From positions 1 through 29,240 of the IMG/VR virus record IMGVR_UViG_3300009786_000055: a stretch of 29,240 bases of DNA; one strand, 5' to 3'. The stretch is from a virus (taxonomy: Duplodnaviria; Caudoviricetes). Below the pieces are notes generated by a model that saw nothing but the letters and a program-made list of their open reading frames with translations, had not been told where the DNA came from and made no database searches. Made by a program: the position numbers and the translations under genes. This document shows, in pieces, positions 21,875 to 29,240 of this stretch. The first letter of the stretch is position 1; the number at the start of each line of letters is the position of its first letter.

Positions 21875-22264
21875 TTACCTGCAATCTCTGCGAGTTGTGT
21901 AGTTAGTTGTGATTGCTTTTTCGGTTACTCCAAACGAAAGCGTGCAAGGGTAGCCCCCGCCAGCCGAAGTCCTAGCCCACACTTCTTTTATTCCGTTCGG
22001 ACGAAGCGTAAAGGTGTTATCGGTAGTCACGCCAATAACCGGTGCAAACAAATAGGCCCACTGTGCGTATGCTATCCCAGTCTGCCCATCTTCAACGCGA
22101 TGAATGCCGGGAATCCAAACAAATCCAAACTGCGCAGCGTTAGATGTGTTCTTAACGGTCACGGAAGTTGCGCCATCGGGAATCGACATAATTTTTACAT
22201 TACCATCCCCCGAATCAAAACTAATTTGACCGGCGGTTCCTCCATACGCTCCAACTATTGCCAT
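21875..22264 (-). CDS. Small beta-rich protein, paralog 2 (possible capsid decoration)
   Basis: DGATSVTVKN, PGIH, FTLRPNGIK. Confidence 0.7.
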   Translation of the reverse strand: MAIVGAYGGTAGQISFDSGDGNVKIMSIPDGATSVTVKNTSNAAQFGFVWIPGIHRVEDGQTGIAYAQWAYLFAPVIGVTTDNTFTLRPNGIKEVWARTSAGGGYPCTLSFGVTEKAITTNYTTRRDCR

Positions 22265-22267
22265 TGT

Positions 22268-22564
22268 CTAGCTCCTCGGGTCAATAGAGACAACGCCATA
22301 AAGCAGTTCGGGGGTCGCCGCTGTTGATTTTGCAGTTGCCGATTTAATACCAAGCGGGGCAATCGTAAATTCTGCGATATGGGAGTTTCCCGATCCCTTG
22401 GGGGCTAGTCGGTAATACTCGCCCGCAGCGTGTAGCCCTTCCACGTTTATATCAATCGAATTTGACGAATCATTATTAACGCATCGAATCGTAGTTACGC
22501 CGTCAGCATCGGAAAAAAATCCCGCTGCCGCTGTTGACGTTGTGAATGTGCCGGCGGTTGCCAT
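22268..22564 (-). CDS. Small beta-rich protein, paralog 1 (possible capsid decoration)
   Basis: DGVTTIRCVN, VEGLHAAGEY, FTIAPLGIK. Confidence 0.7.
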   Translation of the reverse strand: MATAGTFTTSTAAAGFFSDADGVTTIRCVNNDSSNSIDINVEGLHAAGEYYRLAPKGSGNSHIAEFTIAPLGIKSATAKSTAATPELLYGVVSIDPRS

Positions 22565-22568
22565 CTTG

Positions 22569-22808
22569 TTAGTCTCCGTTTGTTTTTTTTATTTGTTTAA
22601 CAATCCACGAAACATCATTAGCAATTTTAATTAAAAGATTTTCATTCTTATTTACATCGTGTTCAACAGCCGCTAACCTTGCTTCGTGTTTATTTAGTTG
22701 GTGTTGGCTTACACCGTAGCTAGCCGAAATAGAAGCAAGAACTACCAAAACAGTGAACACAAAAGCAAGCATCTCCCCGTTTAATAATCGAAACGATTTA
22801 GCTGACAT
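22569..22808 (-). CDS. Small membrane protein (one TM helix + coiled coil), 79 aa
   Basis: MLAFVFTVLVVLASISASYGV hydrophobic helix followed by a heptad-like segment. Confidence 0.7.
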   Translation of the reverse strand: MSAKSFRLLNGEMLAFVFTVLVVLASISASYGVSQHQLNKHEARLAAVEHDVNKNENLLIKIANDVSWIVKQIKKTNGD

Positions 22809-22814
22809 GATGTA

Positions 22815-23996
22815 TCATCCTCGGCCTAAAATTTCTCGGATTGCTCTTTTTATATTTTCGGGATGGTTTGCGTTTACAGTTGCTTCGATCCCGCCGGGCG
22901 TAATTATTTTTACCTTGTCGTCGCGTACTTCGACGAAGATATCAAACTCGTCGTCGTATTCTGGATAAACATCTAAAATTTCAACTCGACAACTCTGAGC
23001 AAGAAAATTTGCAATAACGTCCGTCTGCGCAGTAGCACCGCATATTCCAATTTGTAATTGATTTGCAGGAGTTAAATCGCGAGGCATTTCTAGTTCCTCT
23101 ATTATAGGGATTTGGCAGTTCCGTAGAACATCGTTTGCTGTCATGGAATTTGAACACCTAGACCCCACCGCACAATGCGATTTTAAAGTTCTAGTAGGAT
23201 ATGCCCCCAACGCGGCATAACAATCTAATCCCCGCATCGATGGGTACATACCAATTACACTTTCGGAATCCGTAGTAAAGAATAAAACTAGCCCCTGGAT
23301 GCCTAACAAACCGCAAACGTGCGCAAACCCTGAATCACATCCTATAAAATAATCTGCGGAATCTGCAATTTGTTCTACTTGCCAAACTAGATCATCGGAA
23401 GTGTCGCTTAATTTAGTTATTCTATCGTCAGAAAAACCGTACTCATCTTTGGTACCTATCCACACAACATGGTATCCCCAATCCCTCAACTTATATGCTA
23501 CATTTTTCCATTTTGCATCGTCCCATCTTCTATTGGGGTTACTTGCGGATGGGTGAATGTGTACTGATTTTTTATCTGTCTTGGATTTATCCTTCCGCAA
23601 TATTGACTTAAATCTACCGGGACTTAAATTCAATCCGATGTGGTTACTTAATAATTCATAGTATTTTCCCTTTCGTATTTCTTTTGAGTTGTTAATTGAA
23701 AATGCAAAATCGATAATAACTTCAAACGAGTTTCGTACTTGAATCTGATTTAGTTTCACGCCGGGAATAACCGTGTCAACGCCCTCTAATTTTTCGATTA
23801 GGGGGACATGATGAGGCATTACACAAGCGGTAATATGGCAATCCTTTTTTTTTAAGGCAAGTGCTGCGCCTCCCACTGCCATTAAAACATCACCTACACC
23901 CCCGGTCCACTTCAAGCAAATTTTCATACCGGTCCAATCGTCCGGTAGTTTGTAATTGGGGGCGTCCGTTTGTGGTAGCGTGTCGAATCCCCGCAT
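22815..23996 (-). CDS. GT9-like (heptosyltransferase-family, GT-B) glycosyltransferase
   Basis: GGVGDVLM, IHPSAS...RRW, FIGCDSGFAHV...LG. ATG 23996 after GGGGG is preferred; the track's start at 24011 lies in the terminator U-tract. Confidence 0.85.
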   Translation of the reverse strand: MRGFDTLPQTDAPNYKLPDDWTGMKICLKWTGGVGDVLMAVGGAALALKKKDCHITACVMPHHVPLIEKLEGVDTVIPGVKLNQIQVRNSFEVIIDFAFSINNSKEIRKGKYYELLSNHIGLNLSPGRFKSILRKDKSKTDKKSVHIHPSASNPNRRWDDAKWKNVAYKLRDWGYHVVWIGTKDEYGFSDDRITKLSDTSDDLVWQVEQIADSADYFIGCDSGFAHVCGLLGIQGLVLFFTTDSESVIGMYPSMRGLDCYAALGAYPTRTLKSHCAVGSRCSNSMTANDVLRNCQIPIIEELEMPRDLTPANQLQIGICGATAQTDVIANFLAQSCRVEILDVYPEYDDEFDIFVEVRDDKVKIITPGGIEATVNANHPENIKRAIREILGRG

Positions 23997-24009
23997 ATAT
24001 CCCCCACAC

Positions 24010-24051
24010 AAAAAAAGACTAGGCGGGACGTTAAAACGCGCCCGCCTAGTC
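24010..24051 (-). terminator. Intrinsic terminator after the major capsid gene
   Basis: 11-bp perfect stem GACTAGGCGGG / CCCGCCTAGTC followed by T7 on the minus strand. Confidence 0.9.
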
Positions 24052-24081
24052 CTAAAATTGACGGACTTAGACTAGCTAAAA

Positions 24082-25086
24082 TTAACCAGTGTAATCGTTG
24101 CCGCTCATTGCCACGTTGTTAGCAATAACCGCAAGCTGACTATTTTCAACCTCGAAATCGACGCGGAAATGAATAGTCACTTCCCAAACATCGGCGCGGG
24201 GCTGACGATCAAACTCAATCGTGATGTCACGTTGGACAAAATAAATCAAGTTTTGAAGTGGCGTTAGCCAAATCTGCGAACCATCTACACCGGCTGTGCC
24301 ATACGTCAAATCTTCGGGCATCAAGGGGACTTCCAACATAGGAATTCCCCAAGGGCCTGGAGCCAGTCCTTGACTCAAAGCAGAATCACCACCAGCAGTC
24401 TCGCGGTCACTCCAATCAAGTTTCCACTTGTCAAACGGTCCCGATGGAACCACCCAAACATAATTAGGCTTGGCTGCCCGATAACGAGACGGAATCTGTC
24501 GCTTCATGTCGTAATACAAAACTTTAGAAGGCGCTGCGCCGGCAGAATCGATTTGCTGTGCAGCCGGAACGCGGCCAGTAAGAATGGATTTCCAACCATC
24601 ATTTACACCAAGAAGATTATTCTCGGCAGTCTGGGCGTCACCAGTCGATAAAGAGTCATCACCTTCAATGGCAGCCAACTCCGTATCGATGGCAATTCTT
24701 TTTGAAAACATACTTAGAAGCGTGTCACGAATTCCGGCGCGCTCCAAATTGTCTTCCATGAAATCGGTTTTCAGATCGAACGCACTACGATATTTTTCGC
24801 AGTCGTAAGTCACAACCGATTCAGTGGGGACTCGTGTTGATGCGCTGCTTGTGGTGTGCGCACCTTCGGTAACAATCGTTCCAAGATCGAGTTTGTTGAT
24901 TTCGCCTTTGTTACGATTGGTTCGTACCGTTCGGCATTTTGGTAAAAGTACAGACTCATTGACAACGAGGTCAATAAATCGATTCGCTTGCTCCCGATTG
25001 AGAACGCTATTGGGCAAAGAGGACGAATCAACCGCGCTCTTGCTCATAAGTTCTCGCAGCGGAAGTTTGATTTCCATATTCGACAT
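24082..25086 (-). CDS. Major capsid protein (HK97 fold), 334 aa
   Basis: LNREQANRFI, DFMEDNLE, DTELAAIEGD, GIPMLEVPLMP, LTPLQNLI..QRDITIE, R.DFEVE; follows the protease-scaffold gene. Confidence 0.93.
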   Translation of the reverse strand: MSNMEIKLPLRELMSKSAVDSSSLPNSVLNREQANRFIDLVVNESVLLPKCRTVRTNRNKGEINKLDLGTIVTEGAHTTSSASTRVPTESVVTYDCEKYRSAFDLKTDFMEDNLERAGIRDTLLSMFSKRIAIDTELAAIEGDDSLSTGDAQTAENNLLGVNDGWKSILTGRVPAAQQIDSAGAAPSKVLYYDMKRQIPSRYRAAKPNYVWVVPSGPFDKWKLDWSDRETAGGDSALSQGLAPGPWGIPMLEVPLMPEDLTYGTAGVDGSQIWLTPLQNLIYFVQRDITIEFDRQPRADVWEVTIHFRVDFEVENSQLAVIANNVAMSGNDYTG

Positions 25087-25125
25087 AAATCAAATCCCTT
25101 GTAAAAAACTTCCTGAAAAAACGGA

Positions 25126-26679
25126 CTAGGAAATTCCGCCTATGAATGGAAAGGCAGAATCAAAAACGGAATTGGGGTCGTGTCCGGCAGACTTTTCTAC
25201 AGCCAACCTTTCATCTCTCCCAATATCATTGGGGGTAGCCTTGGACAAACCATCCGCAGTTTTAGCAATATCAACAACTTGATCTTGTGTAGATTTCAAG
25301 TTGTTGGCCAAAGCGTTAAGAACTCCCATAACTTCGTCGAAGTTGGCAGATTTTCCAACTTCCTGTTTTTCCTTTTCCGTTTCTTCTTTTCCGTTTTTTG
25401 CCTGTTTTTTAACAGGGGCTTTTTCCTCATCTTCCTCATCCTCATCCTCAACGGCAGCCGCTTTCTTTTTAGCTTTTTTGGCTACCGGCTTTTCGTCTTC
25501 GTCTTCTTCCTCATCCTCATCCTCTTTTGGCGGGAATGGATTAACAGCCTTCTCTACCAGAGAAGTCATACTCGTGCCCATTGCCGTTAGGGATTCGGTT
25601 AAGGATTCAAATACAGGAGCTAAGGCGGTGGCTACACCTTGTGCGGTTTTCTCTGCGAGAGAATCGCCAAAGGAATCAAGGGCCTCCGCTTCTTTTGCAA
25701 TATCTTCTTTTTGTGTATCGTCGGACATAATATCAGTATCCTTTGTGTTACTGTCTGGGGGGTTTAAGGTAGCGAGTTTTTCTGTTTCATCGGTACCTAA
25801 AGAACGTGTCGCCCAAGAAAAAGGGTCGATGTCTTGCTTCAGCGGTCCCGCAATCACGTGTATCCCATCGGCCATTTTCACCGTTACAAGTCGGTTGGCG
25901 TCAAAGTCGGATTGCTCGCGCTGAAAACCGTAAAATGAACCGTTTTCATCTTTTACAGAGTCGGTTTGTAAATCGTGGGTACGAAGATATGCAAGTGCTA
26001 TATCTTCGCTTTCATACTTACTTTTTTCTAGTCTTACGCAATACACATTTAAGGGGTGCTTGCGCCCTACTCCATCGGCTGATTTAACAACGACTGCTTG
26101 GGCAGAAGTTTGATCTGGTATGTGTGTTAAACTCACCTCATACAAATCAATGTCAGTCAAGACACGCTCGGTTCGTCCCACATCATTTACACGATATGCA
26201 ACTGTCACCAAACCGCGCCAAGAAAAAGTAGCTAATTCTCCATTACGGACCATTTTTGCTACTTCGTCTACAGTAACATCGGCGACAACGAATAACCCAC
26301 GATCCCCCGGTTTTAAGCTGGGGATTTGAGCCTTGGGAAATGTATTGACTTGTGATTTTGTTTTTAAGTCAACAACTCCCCATTCATTGTCGCTTTTGAT
26401 ATCTGCAATTTTAACCGCGTGCATTTGCGTAGGGCGGCCTGCTGCAATACCGTTACCGGAATCATCCAACCAAAACTTATGATTAACCAACAAAGTTGGC
26501 GACACCATAAATTTCTCGATGTCAAACTCATCTGGCGGTACTACATCACCGCTTCTGTCTGATTCACTTTTCTCTACAGATGCGAATCCTTTGACGACTG
26601 CCTTATTGGTTGAGTCATCATCCGATGAAAGCGCAACTGGGGCGGTTAAGTGTAAAAGTTCCCTTCCCGGTCTTGGCAT
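25126..26679 (-). CDS. HK97-type prohead protease fused to a scaffold-like acidic C-terminus
   Basis: VKGFAS, DRSGDVV, LLVNH (His), FSWRG (Ser), LYEVSL..IP; E/D/K-rich tail. ATG 26679 after GGAG is preferred over TTG 26694. Confidence 0.9.
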   Translation of the reverse strand: MPRPGRELLHLTAPVALSSDDDSTNKAVVKGFASVEKSESDRSGDVVPPDEFDIEKFMVSPTLLVNHKFWLDDSGNGIAAGRPTQMHAVKIADIKSDNEWGVVDLKTKSQVNTFPKAQIPSLKPGDRGLFVVADVTVDEVAKMVRNGELATFSWRGLVTVAYRVNDVGRTERVLTDIDLYEVSLTHIPDQTSAQAVVVKSADGVGRKHPLNVYCVRLEKSKYESEDIALAYLRTHDLQTDSVKDENGSFYGFQREQSDFDANRLVTVKMADGIHVIAGPLKQDIDPFSWATRSLGTDETEKLATLNPPDSNTKDTDIMSDDTQKEDIAKEAEALDSFGDSLAEKTAQGVATALAPVFESLTESLTAMGTSMTSLVEKAVNPFPPKEDEDEEEDEDEKPVAKKAKKKAAAVEDEDEEDEEKAPVKKQAKNGKEETEKEKQEVGKSANFDEVMGVLNALANNLKSTQDQVVDIAKTADGLSKATPNDIGRDERLAVEKSAGHDPNSVFDSAFPFIGGIS

Positions 26680-26715
26680 TTGTAGTCTCTCCAAGGAATT
26701 GAAATTTCGCGATAA

Positions 26716-26744
26716 AGTCTACCGAAAAAGGAGAAAACACGCAA
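26716..26744 (-). promoter_or_regulatory. Candidate sigma70-type promoter TTGCGT-N17-TAGACT for the head operon
   Basis: Intergenic, correct spacing, 36 nt upstream of the protease ATG. Confidence 0.5.
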
Positions 26745-26758
26745 CCGCAGATTCTTAG

Positions 26759-26774
26759 GTGCCTACGTCTGCAC
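26759..26774. promoter_or_regulatory. Palindromic site copy 3, GTGCCTACGTCTGCAC
   Basis: Intergenic, 14 bp upstream of the candidate -35 box. Confidence 0.6.
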
Positions 26775-26777
26775 ACA

Positions 26778-26945
26778 TTAAGGCCATTCAAAGGGGATTT
26801 CTAGCCTTATATTCTGCTCCCGTGCCTCCTTTATTTCAGATGCAAACCGGGCACGTTGTGATAGCGCCTCCTTAGTCGTAATCGAAGGTGGCTGATTAGT
26901 CATTGCCTCGATAAAAATTTTCTCGAGTTCTTCAGGCGATAACAT
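26778..26945 (-). CDS. Small hypothetical protein, 55 aa, paralog of the adjacent 60-aa ORF
   Basis: Not in ORF track. MLSPEELEKIFIEAMTNQPPSITTKEALSQRARFASEIKEAREQNIRLEIPFEWP starts 2 nt after the upstream stop and aligns without gaps to the 60-aa protein. Confidence 0.85.
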   Translation of the reverse strand: MLSPEELEKIFIEAMTNQPPSITTKEALSQRARFASEIKEAREQNIRLEIPFEWP

Positions 26946-26947
26946 GA

Positions 26948-27130
26948 TTACTTATCCATCCCATCGTGTGGAAAATCTAACACGTGCCCCTTTTTTCGGG
27001 CATCCTCCAAATCACGTTCAAATTCTTTTCTGAGGGCACGGCCTTCGGGAGTTTTGATACTCAAAGGTTTTTTGTTTACAAGTTCAGTCAAGATAAGTTT
27101 CATTTCTTCCACGGTTAATTTAGTAGCCAT
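26948..27130 (-). CDS. Small hypothetical protein, 60 aa
   Basis: Tightly coupled ORF; paralogy with 26778-26945 supports coding status. Confidence 0.8.
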   Translation of the reverse strand: MATKLTVEEMKLILTELVNKKPLSIKTPEGRALRKEFERDLEDARKKGHVLDFPHDGMDK

Positions 27131-27131
27131 A

Positions 27132-27371
27132 TTATTTCTTCTTTTTCTTCCGCTTAGTTTTTCTTTTAGGTAAAGGTTTAGGGCGCTCCCCCAAATCAGC
27201 TATTCTTTGTTTTTTAAGTTGTTGAGTAGCTACCTCTAATGCAGCGAATAAAGGAGTTTCCAAATCTTGACCCTGCCTTTTTTCATATTGCGCTGTTAAA
27301 TATTGCCAATACTTTTTTTGACCTTCTTTTTTTTCCTTCTTATCCATTTTATAGCGCCCCCATTTCTTCAA
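27132..27371 (-). CDS. Highly basic hypothetical protein, 79 aa or 71 aa
   Basis: Lys-rich termini; the second Met (MDKKE, after GGGG) may be the true start. Confidence 0.65.
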   Translation of the reverse strand: MKKWGRYKMDKKEKKEGQKKYWQYLTAQYEKRQGQDLETPLFAALEVATQQLKKQRIADLGERPKPLPKRKTKRKKKKK

Positions 27372-29238
27372 CTTCTCGTAATTTACTCATTTTTTCAAAC
27401 ATAGAATAGGCTTCTCGATATTCTAGCTGTGCCTCTACTAATTCGTCGGCCTTACGCATAGCTGCTAGTTTCAGTGAAGCCGCATGTCTTCGCATAGCAA
27501 CTACGTCTACGTGTAAATCATCTATAAGATATTCTAGCGCTTCTTCCGTTAAATCAAGTTCATCGTCTGCGGCATCCGATAGTGAACTTGCAGACGATGC
27601 ACTTTCAGCAGCCTGCTTGTATTTAAACCATGCTTTTTCCGCTTTGAGTTTAGCCGCCTCCTGCCGCGCTTGTAAAGCCAGTGCTTGTAAGCGTAGGTTT
27701 GAATTAGTGGCTGCCTCAATTGCATCTAGTACATCTTGCTCCATTTTTTTAAGTGCTGCGGCAAGGCTATCTTGCTCCGCTTGAATGCGTGCTTTTTCGG
27801 CCACCTCCGCCTTGGCTTGTTCTTCCTCAAGGGCCTGTTTCTTTATCTTAGCCAATCGTAATGATTCTTCTTTTTTAGCCTTATCTTCTTCATTTTGTTT
27901 ATGTTCTTCTTGTGCCTTTTTTTGTTCGGCAGCTTGTTTGTCTGCTTTTGCCTTTAAATCTTTTACTAGGGCCTCTTGTTTTTCTTTTTGTGTCTGCGCA
28001 AGTTTTGCATCATCTACCTTAGCGGCCTCTGCTTTTGTATGTGCGGTATCTAAATCTAATTTCTTTTTATCGGTAGCTACAACTACTTTTTCATCCAACT
28101 GTTTAACTTCTAACGCCCTATCCTTCGCCTTTTGTTCACGTAGTATTTTAGCCTTAACTATTTTGTCATCTTGAACTTTCCTTCTATTCTTTATAACTTG
28201 CAAACGCTCCCGTTTCTCGTGCGCCTTTTTAAGTTGAAGTTGCTTATGTAATTCCCTGCGCTGTAAATCTTTTTTAGCTTTAAGTGCGCGACGTTTAGAC
28301 GCCTCAATTTCTTTTTGTACAGAATCTATATTTCGTGTAAGCCTTTTTTCCTCTGCAAGAGTTGTTTTTAGTGGCTTACCTCTACGATTTATTTCCGTAG
28401 CTTTTCTCTCCATTAAAGATTTCTGGTTACTTTCAATTGTGTTTATTTTTCGTGTGTTATCGTCGATGTAGATACCTTCTCTTTTAATGATACCATTCAA
28501 TCGTTTAGTTTCCACGCTATCATCAACTCTTGCCATAGCTAAAGCAGCTTTTTCAGATACATTATCCAATTGCCGGGTAGCCTGCGCTGCCGCCTTATTT
28601 GCGGCTACAAGATCATTTTGTGCTGCAAGTCCAGCCGCACGCAATTCTACAGCGTTGTCGTATGCTTCAAGAAATTCGCTACCTTCGGGAGTAGTTATGC
28701 CGCGAACAATCGTTTTACCTTCAAAGTTTGATTCTACCGTTTCTATTAGTTTCGTGCCTACGCCCTGCCTCCGATATTGTGGATTTACACCAATGTATTT
28801 TATGTGTACTTCGTCACCCACTATTCGATAGTCTACCGCGCCGACCGCATTACCAACCGAATCCGTAGCTGATATTGTACCTGAGTGCCGCGTTGGGTGT
28901 AATAACCGTGGGTCCATATCACCGGGCGTTAAATCGTAAACATCATTTGACATTTTCAACTTAGCTACATTTATCTTTTCGATAGGTACTTCGGCAAGTA
29001 TGGTCTGACCCTTGGCTAGCTTGCGATATGCAGCACGACTCACTTTCTCGCCTGCCGGTGTCATTTTCCCCAACTTCATGTGGGGATTTTCTTTCATAAA
29101 TCGCGCTAACAATTCAGACCCGATGCCTTGTCTTTGATTCGGCTTTGTTACCCATAAACCAACAGACCCAAATTCGTTGGAGACTAATGCAATTGGAGTG
29201 TCGCCGTCAAAAACAACTCTGCTTTGGTCAAACTCAGG
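27349..29238 (-). CDS. Large multidomain head-region protein with two tandem GNAT acetyltransferase domains and a long coiled coil (5' end outside window)
   Basis: Frame is open from the window edge: PEFDQSRVVFDGDTPIALVSNEFGSVGLWVTKPNQRQGIGSELLARF (GNAT motif A), then HIKYIGVNPQYRRQGVGTKLI (second motif A), then a K/E/A-rich helical region. Confidence 0.8.
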   Translation of the reverse strand, partial: PEFDQSRVVFDGDTPIALVSNEFGSVGLWVTKPNQRQGIGSELLARFMKENPHMKLGKMTPAGEKVSRAAYRKLAKGQTILAEVPIEKINVAKLKMSNDVYDLTPGDMDPRLLHPTRHSGTISATDSVGNAVGAVDYRIVGDEVHIKYIGVNPQYRRQGVGTKLIETVESNFEGKTIVRGITTPEGSEFLEAYDNAVELRAAGLAAQNDLVAANKAAAQATRQLDNVSEKAALAMARVDDSVETKRLNGIIKREGIYIDDNTRKINTIESNQKSLMERKATEINRRGKPLKTTLAEEKRLTRNIDSVQKEIEASKRRALKAKKDLQRRELHKQLQLKKAHEKRERLQVIKNRRKVQDDKIVKAKILREQKAKDRALEVKQLDEKVVVATDKKKLDLDTAHTKAEAAKVDDAKLAQTQKEKQEALVKDLKAKADKQAAEQKKAQEEHKQNEEDKAKKEESLRLAKIKKQALEEEQAKAEVAEKARIQAEQDSLAAALKKMEQDVLDAIEAATNSNLRLQALALQARQEAAKLKAEKAWFKYKQAAESASSASSLSDAADDELDLTEEALEYLIDDLHVDVVAMRRHAASLKLAAMRKADELVEAQLEYREAYSMFEKMSKLREVEEMGAL

Positions 29239-29240
29239 TA

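Overview
A 29.2 kb segment of a tailed dsDNA phage or prophage. Siphovirus-type morphology is inferred from the tail tube, the long TP901-type tape measure and the absence of a sheath gene. All credible genes are on the minus strand and tightly packed. In transcription order (right to left): a large protein cut by the window edge, with two tandem GNAT domains and a coiled-coil tail; three small ORFs, two of them paralogs; HK97-type prohead protease-scaffold; major capsid protein; terminator; GT9-like glycosyltransferase; a membrane protein; three paralogous small beta proteins; head-tail joining genes; tail tube; tail chaperones with a -1 frameshift site; tape measure; Dit-like protein; two Cys-rich tail proteins; GT-A glycosyltransferase; CxxC protein; GT4-methyltransferase fusion; hub-like tail protein; then initiator, DnaC-like loader, DnaB-like helicase, a two-gene insert with its own promoter, primase and a probable SSB. 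The most notable signals are three unrelated glycosyltransferases embedded in the virion operon (candidate virion glycosylation/methylation system), a 16-bp palindrome GTGC(A/C)(G/T)ACGT(A/C)(T/G)GCAC found three times just after stop codons, and the tandem-GNAT protein followed by a paralogous pair of small proteins. All functional calls come from motif recognition and gene order; no database search was run.
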